Part shown: positions 11,104 through 19,391 of the stretch, in pieces
How the letters are laid out: the number at the start of each line of letters is the position of its first letter
Position numbering within the stretch: the stretch's first letter is position 1
Assembly (NCBI GenBank): GCA_965224705.1
Contig: OZ245056.1
Location: 800,001-864,000 of the forward strand
DNA length: 64,000 bases
Direction of reading: 5' to 3'
Source: Spirochaetaceae bacterium
Lineage (GTDB): Bacteria; Spirochaetota; Spirochaetia; DSM-2461
The notes under the pieces: model-generated
The model's input: only the letters and a program-made list of their open reading frames with translations
Database searches by the model: none
What the model was told of the DNA's origin: nothing
Translations under genes and position numbers: made by a program

Positions 11104-12096
11104 CTAGATCTCTTCCCATTCCCCGCTGCCTCCAGAGCGGAATGCAGCGTCAATGATCTTCATATTTGCAATACTGTCGGAACCGGGAATCGAAGCAGTA
11201 CCACCGTTCCGGAATGATTCAGTGAAGTCTTCAAGCATCAGCCTGTACTGATCTGCCGGACCACAGTGCACCTCCCTCTGACTACTGCCATCATCGATAG
11301 CAAGAAGAAGCGGAACGTCGGGGTGAGCATTAAATGGCCGTATAACCTCCAGGGAACCCCTGCTTCCGAACACTGAAACCTTCTGACGAGGAGTCATTCT
11401 TGTAGAAACAGTAAATACAGTCTTTGAACTGCCAAAATCCATTATAGCCGAACAGAGGGTGTCAACATTGGTTACAGCATCGTACTTAATATCTGCGAGA
11501 ACCCGATCTGGTTCCTGGTTCAGGAGAAATCGTGCTGAAGAGATGGCATAACAGCCAATGTCATAAAGAGCGCCGCCGCCAAGATCCCTTTGATTACGAA
11601 TGTTCCGGGGATCATTGTTTGAAAAACTAAAAATTGTATGAATGGACATAATCTCACCGATTTCTCCCGCATTCAGTACTTCTCGAGCTTTTACCCACTG
11701 GGGGTGGAAGCGGTACATAAAGGCCTCCATGGCCAGAACACCTTTCTTTTCAGCGTATTCAAAAGCGTCAGCAGCTTCGACAGCATTCATCGTTATGGGT
11801 TTTTCGCAGAGTACAGCCTTTCCAGCATCAACACATCTCCTGATCCACTCAGCGTGGACACTGTTTGGGAGAGGAATGTATACGGCTTCCACATCCGGGT
11901 CATCAATAACTTCCTGATAGGAACCGTAAGCCCTCTTGAATCCCCATTTCTCAGCAGCTTTCTGAGCACGTACAAGCGTACGGGAACCAAGGGAGATGGG
12001 GTCTATCAGATATGAATCTGTAATTGATTTGTGCATGCGAAGACCATAATGGCCGGAAACTCCGAGGACACCAAGTTTTAAGGGCTGCATATTCAC
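11104..12096 (-). CDS. Gfo/Idh/MocA-family oxidoreductase
   Basis: YIPLPNSVH, VLCEKP, EAFMYRFHPQW and GGGALYDIGCY motifs. Confidence 0.9.
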   Translation of the reverse strand: MNMQPLKLGVLGVSGHYGLRMHKSITDSYLIDPISLGSRTLVRAQKAAEKWGFKRAYGSYQEVIDDPDVEAVYIPLPNSVHAEWIRRCVDAGKAVLCEKPITMNAVEAADAFEYAEKKGVLAMEAFMYRFHPQWVKAREVLNAGEIGEIMSIHTIFSFSNNDPRNIRNQRDLGGGALYDIGCYAISSARFLLNQEPDRVLADIKYDAVTNVDTLCSAIMDFGSSKTVFTVSTRMTPRQKVSVFGSRGSLEVIRPFNAHPDVPLLLAIDDGSSQREVHCGPADQYRLMLEDFTESFRNGGTASIPGSDSIANMKIIDAAFRSGGSGEWEEI

Positions 12097-12247
12097 TCCT
12101 TCCGGGAATCAGTCGTTCTCAATTCCCGATCAACGTTGATTGTAGCAGAGAAATAGAATCATAGATATGAACTTTGTGAAAGTCTTCTGGACAGGTTTTT
12201 CTGCATGAAGTCATGCATTCCTGCTGAATTGAAGCTGCTCTCACCCT

Positions 12248-12580
12248 TCAGTTATCCAGATTAATTCCGGCAAGTTCGGCCAGCATATTGACCGCTTCAT
12301 CTTTCATCTTCACTTTTGTTTTCTTGACAGCCTTGCGTATGACAGGGCCCCATTGCTTCTGTGGAATATCTTCTTTCAACTCTTCAAGAAGTACCAGAAT
12401 ATTCTCACTCATATTTATGTTGTAGATCTTTTCAGCATCATAAAAGAAGGCTTCATCAAGAAGGTTGATGAAGTCGCCTGCCGTTCGAGAATCCCGTTGA
12501 CTTTTACGTTCGAGAACCATCATCTTTTTTCTGGACTTTTTTATCTCACGATTTCTTCGTTCCAAATCTGTGCTTTTCAT
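12248..12580 (-). CDS. Small charged hypothetical protein
   Basis: Open frame with a GGGAGA RBS before MKSTDL (12580) and an upstream TTGAAA-17-TATCCT promoter-like layout. Confidence 0.65.
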   Translation of the reverse strand: MKSTDLERRNREIKKSRKKMMVLERKSQRDSRTAGDFINLLDEAFFYDAEKIYNINMSENILVLLEELKEDIPQKQWGPVIRKAVKKTKVKMKDEAVNMLAELAGINLDN

Positions 12581-12676
12581 AGCGGTTTCTCCCAATCGTT
12601 AGTAGTAAGGATACTTGACCAGGCATTCTTTTTTCAATGGGACGTCAGTAGTTGGAAGAAGTTTTATCCCCATAAG

Positions 12677-13933
12677 AGTGTCAGAAAGCCTGTAAAACCT
12701 CCTTCAACCCATTCCGGGAGTCCAATCTCCTCCTAAACCTTCACATACAGCGGATCATAACGGCCGGATTCCACTCCCGGATTACGCCACTCACACAGCC
12801 AGGTTTTCTTCTCTGCCACACCCAGATTGACCTTGCTCAAAAAGGCCCTCTTCAACCAGTACCTGTTCACTGCCTTGCGAAGTTTCTTCCTGGTGATCCC
12901 GGCCTTCTCAGCATGAGTTGTGTCCTTCTTCTTCCGGGCCTCCTTCACCCGCCATGGAATCATGCAGTTGTGGTAGTGACGATAAAGAACAAATCGTATC
13001 ATCATCGCAGCGGGAGATTTGGCAAACTTGACCGTCTCCCTGACATGATCTGAAATATCTTTTCTGATCTGACGGTCAATGTAGTTAATAGGAAACATCG
13101 GGTTATCCATGGTTCTGGCCGACCTTGAAGATGTCATGACCCGGATGAAGAAGTGGAGAAAATGCTCGGTTTTCGCAAAGGCCCGGGTGTATGCCCTGTG
13201 CATATCCGTGAAGAGAAGCTTATGCACAACCTTTTTCTTCATAAGGAATTGAATCAAATCTTCTGTCAGACTTCTCACCGATTTCTCAATGGCCCCGGGA
13301 TCCGCCCTGCCCCGGGCCTCCAGCTTTTTTCGGATCAATTTCTGACGGGAAGTCATTCTTCCTTTCCTCCTGAGATTGGCAAACCCGGTCTCATAGATGA
13401 ACTCGGACTCACTTCCGGCAAAGATGTTGATGTGGTTGGGATAGTATTGAGAGAAGGAAAAGGACTCCAGTCCATCGGCGGCCATGGATTCCCTCATGGG
13501 GAGTTTTTTCAACAGCCGGGCATGGATTGCCATGGCGGAACGGGCCAATCTTTCGCATCGGTTCTGTACCGTATCGGAAGAAACCTCCAGATGACGGCTG
13601 ATGTCATTCACACCGGAAGAGGTCACCAGATGTTGGAAAAGTTCCTCGTAGTCGATGACTTTTTTCGCATAGTAATCGATTGAAAAAGTCTGGGAGGAAA
13701 AGGTTCTTTTGCAGTCATTGCAAATGTAGCGCTGGACTGTTCCAAATGCTTCTGTGTGGTAGGAACTATGTATCGAAAACCAGTTTTTTTGCTTCGGGGC
13801 ACTGAAATGGATACATTTCGGGTTGGGGCAGTGGGGGAATAACATGGTCAAACTCCTTTATAAATTGTTTTCTTACTATGTTATAACGAGCCTGACAGGA
13901 GTTTTTTGCTGCATTAACAAGCTTTCTGACACT
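12677..13933 (-). mobile_element. Insertion sequence, ~1.26 kb, with an IS1/IS1595-like transposase architecture; family uncertain
   Basis: Imperfect 20-bp TIRs (18/20): AGTGTCAGAAAGCCTGTAAA at 12677 and the reverse complement of 13914-13933, AGTGTCAGAAAGCTTGTTAA. They enclose one ORF; no clear TSD. Confidence 0.8.
12733..13851 (-). CDS. Putative transposase (Zn ribbon + HTH + RNase H-like catalytic domain)
   Basis: CPNPKC...QRYICNDC ribbon; HTH-like GVNDISRHLEVSSDTVQNR; acidic motifs AADGLES, FTDMHRAY and NYIDRQIR; late YRHYHN; AAGGAG RBS; lies between TIRs. Confidence 0.75.
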   Translation of the reverse strand: MTMLFPHCPNPKCIHFSAPKQKNWFSIHSSYHTEAFGTVQRYICNDCKRTFSSQTFSIDYYAKKVIDYEELFQHLVTSSGVNDISRHLEVSSDTVQNRCERLARSAMAIHARLLKKLPMRESMAADGLESFSFSQYYPNHINIFAGSESEFIYETGFANLRRKGRMTSRQKLIRKKLEARGRADPGAIEKSVRSLTEDLIQFLMKKKVVHKLLFTDMHRAYTRAFAKTEHFLHFFIRVMTSSRSARTMDNPMFPINYIDRQIRKDISDHVRETVKFAKSPAAMMIRFVLYRHYHNCMIPWRVKEARKKKDTTHAEKAGITRKKLRKAVNRYWLKRAFLSKVNLGVAEKKTWLCEWRNPGVESGRYDPLYVKV

Positions 13934-13977
13934 GGTTAAGGGATAGGAAGAAACATGACATTATGGCACGATGAGTC

Positions 13978-14787
13978 ATGGTTGCTTTTCGCCGCCCGGG
14001 AATTATGGGTATTATAAACTGCACTCCAGACTCTTTTTATGCAGGCAGCAGATCAATGGAGCATTCAGAGATTCTTAAAACTGCCAAAAAGATGATTGAG
14101 GAGGGCGTGGATATCATTGATATTGGTGGTGAATCTACAAGACCGGGTGCCGTCAGTGTTGATGCGGAGGAACAGATTTCCCGTGTAATACCATCAATTC
14201 ACTCAATTCGAGATTGTTCATCCGCAGAAATCTCCATTGATACTCAAAGCTCTGTTGTGGCTGAAGCGGCATTGAATGCCGGTGCGACTATAATCAATGA
14301 TATTTCAGCGTTGCGGTCTGATCCCGGGATGACTGAACTGGCAGCGGAACGGGGCGTGAAGGTCGTTCTCATGCACATGCAGGGTTCTCCTGCGACGATG
14401 CAGGATCATCCCTACTATGATGATGTTGTTCTGGAAGTCAGAGATTTTTTTCTCAAAGCTGTCGACTATGGGATGTCCAGGGGAATCAGGGAAGACTGCA
14501 TCATTCTCGATCCAGGTATTGGGTTTGGCAAGAGGTTTGAAGACAATATGACCTTACTCCGTAAACTCCCGGATATAAGGGTTGACGCATTTCCAATTCT
14601 GGTGGGATTGAGCAGGAAGTCCTTCCTTGGAACCATTCTTGGAAATGATGCCGACAGACTGGCCGGTACTCTGGCTGCTCATGGATGGTGCCTCGCTCAG
14701 GGGGTTGATTTCGTAAGGGTTCATGATGTGAAAGAAACCAGAGATCTCATCAATGTTTGGGAGGCACTGGCATGCAGTTCCTCATAG
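13978..14787 (+). CDS. folP: Dihydropteroate synthase
   Basis: IMGIINCTPDSF, DIGGESTRPG, LDPGIGFGK, SRKSF and RVHDV motifs. Confidence 0.95.
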   Translation: MVAFRRPGIMGIINCTPDSFYAGSRSMEHSEILKTAKKMIEEGVDIIDIGGESTRPGAVSVDAEEQISRVIPSIHSIRDCSSAEISIDTQSSVVAEAALNAGATIINDISALRSDPGMTELAAERGVKVVLMHMQGSPATMQDHPYYDDVVLEVRDFFLKAVDYGMSRGIREDCIILDPGIGFGKRFEDNMTLLRKLPDIRVDAFPILVGLSRKSFLGTILGNDADRLAGTLAAHGWCLAQGVDFVRVHDVKETRDLINVWEALACSSS

Positions 14788-15566
14788 ATCTCCCTTTTTT
14801 CAACAACTTCTTGTTGCCAGTACTGGATATTTTTCTTCTGGCCTACCTCCTTTACAGATTATACATATTACTGGAGGAAACGCGGGCAATTCAACTCCTG
14901 CGCGGTGCTGTCATCCTGGCTTTTATCTATGCCGTAGCCTGGGGGTTTCAATTGTCTGCCCTGCTGTGGATTCTTGAACTAATAGCTCCGGGACTTTTTA
15001 TCGGTGTTGCCATTGTTTTTCAGCCGGAATTACGCAACATTGTTTCCAGAATTGGTCAGAGGGAGTTATTCAAAGGAAAGGTACGGCAGAAGCCATTACA
15101 GATTGATGCGGTTCTCAATGCTGCTGAATTACTGGCTGATAGAAAACGAGGAGCTCTTGTTGTATTTGGAAGGAAGGTAGGATTAAAGGGAATCATCGAT
15201 ACCGGAACCCTGTTGAATGCCGATTTATCATCGTATTTGATTCTTACGGTCTTTGGTCATGATGGACCCTTACATGATGGAGCTATGATTATACAGGGAG
15301 GCCGTGTTACGGCAGCAAGTTGTTTTCTGCCATTATCAAATCAGTCCGATATAAGGAGTTCCTTTGGAACCCGTCATCGTGCCGCATTAGGAATGGCCGA
15401 AGAAACTGATGCCCTGATTCTGGTGGTATCCGAAGAAAGTGGTGCCCTGTCACTTGCTTATGATGGCAATATTTTCTACAACCTGGGAAGTGATGAAATC
15501 CGGCAGCGTTTGAATTCATTGCTGGGCATGAATTTGACGGATAGAGTGAAGGATGATAAGAAATGA
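14772..15566 (+). CDS. cdaA: Diadenylate cyclase
   Basis: Three N-terminal TM helices; IVFQPELR, LHDGA, GTRHRAALG and VSEESG motifs. Confidence 0.93.
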   Translation: MQFLIDLPFFNNFLLPVLDIFLLAYLLYRLYILLEETRAIQLLRGAVILAFIYAVAWGFQLSALLWILELIAPGLFIGVAIVFQPELRNIVSRIGQRELFKGKVRQKPLQIDAVLNAAELLADRKRGALVVFGRKVGLKGIIDTGTLLNADLSSYLILTVFGHDGPLHDGAMIIQGGRVTAASCFLPLSNQSDIRSSFGTRHRAALGMAEETDALILVVSEESGALSLAYDGNIFYNLGSDEIRQRLNSLLGMNLTDRVKDDKK

Positions 15567-16648
15567 GAATGTCAATTCTTCGCCGTTTTGTCCTTCATCG
15601 ATGGTCAAGCAAAATAATCTGTGCCGGATTGGCAATCCTTCTATATCTTCTGTTCCGTGTTAATACTCAAACCGAACGTGAAATCACCATTCCCCTTGAA
15701 GTGATAACACCCAGGGGATTGATTGTCAGTTCTGATTATCCGCGGAGCATCAATATCACTCTGAGGGGTAATGAGAACGATGTGAAAGGTGTCCTTCCAG
15801 ATGATATTGAGGCTTTCATCAATCTTCTCCCCTATTCGGAGGAAGGGGAGTATCAGCGCCTTATCGAAATTCGTAAGAAGGGAACAGCCCTCCAGCCAGA
15901 AGCATTGGAACTGCGTTCTCGGCCAAGGGAATTATCTCTTACCATTGAGAAGCAAGTCATGCGCTCACTGGTTGTTCGGCCAGAGTTGTCTGGTATCCCG
16001 GCTCTGGGCTACAGCCTGACTCAGTCTTTTATATCACCTTCATCTGTAACGGTTGTGGGACCTCAAAGTCAGATGGCCAATTTAACGGAACTCACCACCG
16101 AGATGATCGATCTTTCAGGCCGTCTTAAGAATTTCACTGTAACGACTCGTATAGTCAGCCCCTCTCCTCAAATTGAACTGCCCGGTGGTAGAATCGTTGA
16201 ATTTCGCGGAGTTATTGATGAAGTTGTAATAATTCGGACAATTGAGGACCAGGAATTGATTGTTTTCGACCTTCCTGATGGTCTGAGAATTACAGAAGAA
16301 CTCCCCCGCGTGCGCTTAACTCTGCAGGGAAACCAGTTGGCTGTGGAGGGAGTAAGACCTCAGGATATGACCTTTTTTCTTGATGGTTCCCGTATCAGCA
16401 GTCCCGGGTCATATACACTTCCTCTTGCGATGGATATTCCTCCCGGTCTGGCTGTTCTGACGCTTGTCCCCCGTGAGGTTGAAATTCAAGTGGTACAGAC
16501 CCGGCCGGATGTTTCTGAGGAAAATGTCCCGGCATTGACGACGCCTCAGAATACCAGGCAGATTTCAGATACTGCGCAGCCCTTTGGAACAGCAGGACTG
16601 CCGGATTATGCACCAGCAATTGATGCAGCAGAAGGGAATGATCAATGA
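15563..16648 (+). CDS. cdaR: YbbR-domain CdaA regulator
   Basis: N-terminal TM anchor, YbbR-like repeats (PSSVTVVGP), directly after cdaA. Confidence 0.85.
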   Translation: MRMSILRRFVLHRWSSKIICAGLAILLYLLFRVNTQTEREITIPLEVITPRGLIVSSDYPRSINITLRGNENDVKGVLPDDIEAFINLLPYSEEGEYQRLIEIRKKGTALQPEALELRSRPRELSLTIEKQVMRSLVVRPELSGIPALGYSLTQSFISPSSVTVVGPQSQMANLTELTTEMIDLSGRLKNFTVTTRIVSPSPQIELPGGRIVEFRGVIDEVVIIRTIEDQELIVFDLPDGLRITEELPRVRLTLQGNQLAVEGVRPQDMTFFLDGSRISSPGSYTLPLAMDIPPGLAVLTLVPREVEIQVVQTRPDVSEENVPALTTPQNTRQISDTAQPFGTAGLPDYAPAIDAAEGNDQ

Positions 16649-17031
16649 TCGTGGGAATTGGATTGGACGTTGTAACAGTTTCAAGGATTGCCGGATGGCT
16701 GGATGTGCCGCCGCTTTGTGAACGCTACTTTCATGAAGATGAATTGAAGGCTGTGTATTCCCGGGGAGCCGATGCACCGGCCTCTCTGGCAGCAAGATTT
16801 GCCGCAAAGGAGGCATTTGCAAAAGCCCTTGGAACAGGATTTACTGGATTGCGATTACGTGATATTCGTGTAGTGAATGAGCAGTTTAACCGCCCGATTC
16901 TCGTCCTGAAAGGCAGCGCACGGGCTGGAATTGAGCGGCTGGGCGTCGATAACGTGCATGTATCTCTAACTCATGAGGAGAATCTGGCTGCTGCACAAGT
17001 AATACTGGAGGCAGTTAATGGACAATACTAA
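16645..17031 (+). CDS. acpS: Holo-ACP synthase
   Basis: GIGLDVV, AARFAAKEAFAKALGTG and VSLTHE motifs. Confidence 0.95.
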   Translation: MIVGIGLDVVTVSRIAGWLDVPPLCERYFHEDELKAVYSRGADAPASLAARFAAKEAFAKALGTGFTGLRLRDIRVVNEQFNRPILVLKGSARAGIERLGVDNVHVSLTHEENLAAAQVILEAVNGQY

Positions 17032-17860
17032 AGTATCGTTCAGGAAAAAAAATCCAACAATTTGTCCTGTCTGTAAAACTGAGAACTATAAGGAAGAGCT
17101 TCTCACTGGCGGCGGTCGGATGAATGCTGGTGAGCTTACGGATGAACTACATCGGAAATATAACCCAACTAAGAAGTTTGGTGCAGTCTATCCGCTTTTA
17201 TACCCCATAACAGTATGTCCCCGGTGTTGGTTTGCCTCATTTCCACGGCATTTTGAAGCATTGAGTCCGGATATTGTAGAAGAACTGGACAGGGGTCTGA
17301 GTGCAAGAAAAAACCTTATACGGCCTTTGTTTGAAGATGTTGATTTCAGCCGGAACAGAACCTTGAAAGATGGCATCTCATCCTACGTGCTGGCAGCGGC
17401 CTGCTATGATTCTTTCCCTAAATCAATCTCACCTTCAATTCTTCAGGGACTCTGCTTTCTCCGGGCTGCCTGGCTGTCAGATGAACTGCATGAACTGGAG
17501 CCTGATGCAAAGTATGATTATCTGACCAGGATTTTCTACCGGAAGGCTGTGTTTTCATACGGCGAAGCATTGAGAAATCAAGATAATAAATCCGAAAACT
17601 GGGAAGAAATACCCCACCTTGGTCCTGATCTGGATAATAATTATGGTTATGATGGCGTCTACTACCTTGTTGGTGTGCTGCAGTTGAAATATGGAGACCA
17701 GACGGATAGTGACAAGCGGGCAAACTGTTTGAATCTTGCCAGAACAGCTGTTTCGCGTATCGTGGGAATAGGTGAGACATCGAAGGCTAAACCTTCAGCT
17801 TTTCTCGACCTTGGAAGAGAACTGCATAAATCAATAAAAGAAGAGTTGAAGCATCTGTAA
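17018..17860 (+). CDS. DUF2225-like protein
   Basis: CPVC...YPITVCPRC and LRAAWL motifs; spirochaetal position between acpS and truA. Confidence 0.75.
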   Translation: MDNTKVSFRKKNPTICPVCKTENYKEELLTGGGRMNAGELTDELHRKYNPTKKFGAVYPLLYPITVCPRCWFASFPRHFEALSPDIVEELDRGLSARKNLIRPLFEDVDFSRNRTLKDGISSYVLAAACYDSFPKSISPSILQGLCFLRAAWLSDELHELEPDAKYDYLTRIFYRKAVFSYGEALRNQDNKSENWEEIPHLGPDLDNNYGYDGVYYLVGVLQLKYGDQTDSDKRANCLNLARTAVSRIVGIGETSKAKPSAFLDLGRELHKSIKEELKHL

Positions 17861-18622
17861 ATGCTCCGCAACATCGCACTTGTTATCTCCTATGATGGTA
17901 CTCAGTATGCTGGATGGCAGATTCAAGAAGGTCAACCCAGCGTGCAGGGAACAATAGAAAAAGCTCTTGAAGATTTACATGGGTTTTCAATTTCACTGAC
18001 GGGGGCTGGAAGAACAGATGCCGGTGTTCATGCAACAGGTCAGATGGGGAACTTTCTTACGGAGAAAGATACAATCCCTGACTGGCAGTTTCGAGATGCA
18101 TTGAATTCCCGGCTTCCCCGTGATATCCAGATTTTGAGAAGTCAACGTGTGGACAGGTCTTTTCATCCAAGAAGAAATGCCCTGGCCCGAGTCTATGAAT
18201 ACAGAATGGCTGAAGGACGTGCCTTTCCCGCCCATCTTACACGCTTTACCTGGCTGCTTCCCCGTATCCCTTCCCTGGTTATTCTTAACAGTATGGCAAG
18301 TATTATCTGCGGCAGGCATGATTTCACCGCATTCGCAGCAGCAGGAGATTCTTCTCCCAATAAAAACCGGGAGATATATCATGCGGTGTTTCTGTCTGAT
18401 GGCCCCCAAACCCTGTTCCGTATCGGCGGCAATGCTTTTCTATGGAAAATGGTGCGTTCTTTGCTGGGAACTATGATAGATACAGCATTACGGGGTGGTG
18501 ATAAATGTACAATAAAGGGCATACTTGAATCTGGAGATAGAAATACGGCTGGACCCACAGCTCCGGCCAGAGGATTATTCCTTACCAGGGTGGAATATGG
18601 ACAGGAATGGGGCCTTCAATAG
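17861..18622 (+). CDS. truA: tRNA pseudouridine(38-40) synthase
   Basis: YDGTQYAGWQ, AGRTDAGVHA, FLWKMVR and TAPARGLFL motifs. Confidence 0.95.
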   Translation: MLRNIALVISYDGTQYAGWQIQEGQPSVQGTIEKALEDLHGFSISLTGAGRTDAGVHATGQMGNFLTEKDTIPDWQFRDALNSRLPRDIQILRSQRVDRSFHPRRNALARVYEYRMAEGRAFPAHLTRFTWLLPRIPSLVILNSMASIICGRHDFTAFAAAGDSSPNKNREIYHAVFLSDGPQTLFRIGGNAFLWKMVRSLLGTMIDTALRGGDKCTIKGILESGDRNTAGPTAPARGLFLTRVEYGQEWGLQ

Positions 18623-19391
18623 ATATGCCTGCATACTGAAAGATGCTGAAAACTGGCTGACTGGCAGGTATCGATCAAGAGAGGCGAATGACACAATAGT
18701 TATCCCCGAAAATCAGGGAAGGGATTCGGCATTTCTTAACAGAAGCCCCGGATCGATTTCATTGAAGGATTCATCGGGATTTATCCCCTCTGTTCCTGTA
18801 GAAAATGGCCGGGCAGATGCAGCAGAACTGCAGGTCATCAACCGGGAAATCTGTACCTGTGAGAACTGTAACCTGTACTTGCTGAGAAGGTGTACTGTTC
18901 CAGGCAGGGGAACTGCCGGAGCAAGGCTTATGGTGGTAACCCCACCGCCTGTTGATGATGCCCGGGAGGACTCAATGCCCATGTCGATACAGGGAAATGA
19001 GTATCTGGCAAAATGGCTTACAGCCCTGGAACTTAATCTGGAGCAGGACATCTTCATTACACCGGCTGTGAAATGCCGAACACCTGGCGGAAGACCGCCT
19101 GAATCCAGTGAAGTGGAGGCCTGCAACGATTTCCTGCGGAGGCAATACCGGGCGGTGGCTCCCACTGCCGTACTGGCTCTGGGAGATGCGGCCTGTGGAG
19201 CCCTTTCCGGTAATCCGCGGGATTTTCCTGCCCTTGTTACCAAAAACTGGCGCTGGGGAGTAATTCCAGCCCTTGTTCTGTGGACGCCTGAAGAAGTTCT
19301 GGCTCATCCCGAACGCTTAAGAAGGCCGGTATGGGAAGCATTACTGCGATTCAAGGCGGCCTGGAATGTTCTACCTGGAACTGGTCTTTAA
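18597..19391 (+). CDS. Uracil-DNA glycosylase family-4-like protein with degenerate active site
   Basis: CENCNL...VKCRTP...EVEAC Fe-S cysteine pattern and VLALG are present, but the catalytic motifs are altered. Confidence 0.75.
   Translation: MDRNGAFNRYACILKDAENWLTGRYRSREANDTIVIPENQGRDSAFLNRSPGSISLKDSSGFIPSVPVENGRADAAELQVINREICTCENCNLYLLRRCTVPGRGTAGARLMVVTPPPVDDAREDSMPMSIQGNEYLAKWLTALELNLEQDIFITPAVKCRTPGGRPPESSEVEACNDFLRRQYRAVAPTAVLALGDAACGALSGNPRDFPALVTKNWRWGVIPALVLWTPEEVLAHPERLRRPVWEALLRFKAAWNVLPGTGL

Noticed and set aside
10874..11217. Short ORFs across repeat copies (also 26060-26341, 31671-31883, 35995-36207) with similar translations, resembling a small-protein family
   Set aside because: They are incidental reading frames through the repeat; starts and stops differ between copies and lie in unrelated flanking DNA.
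12129..12217. Palindromes ATCAACGTTGAT and TGCATGA-ag-TCATGCA upstream of the oxidoreductase
   Set aside because: Single short palindromes with no second occurrence or adjacent regulator; could be chance.
12677..13933. This IS as the mobiliser of the 162-bp repeat
   Set aside because: The TIRs differ (AGTGTCAGAAAGC versus GAGTCTGTCGGACTT) beyond a short TGTC.GA resemblance; only the 114-bp MITE matches this IS.
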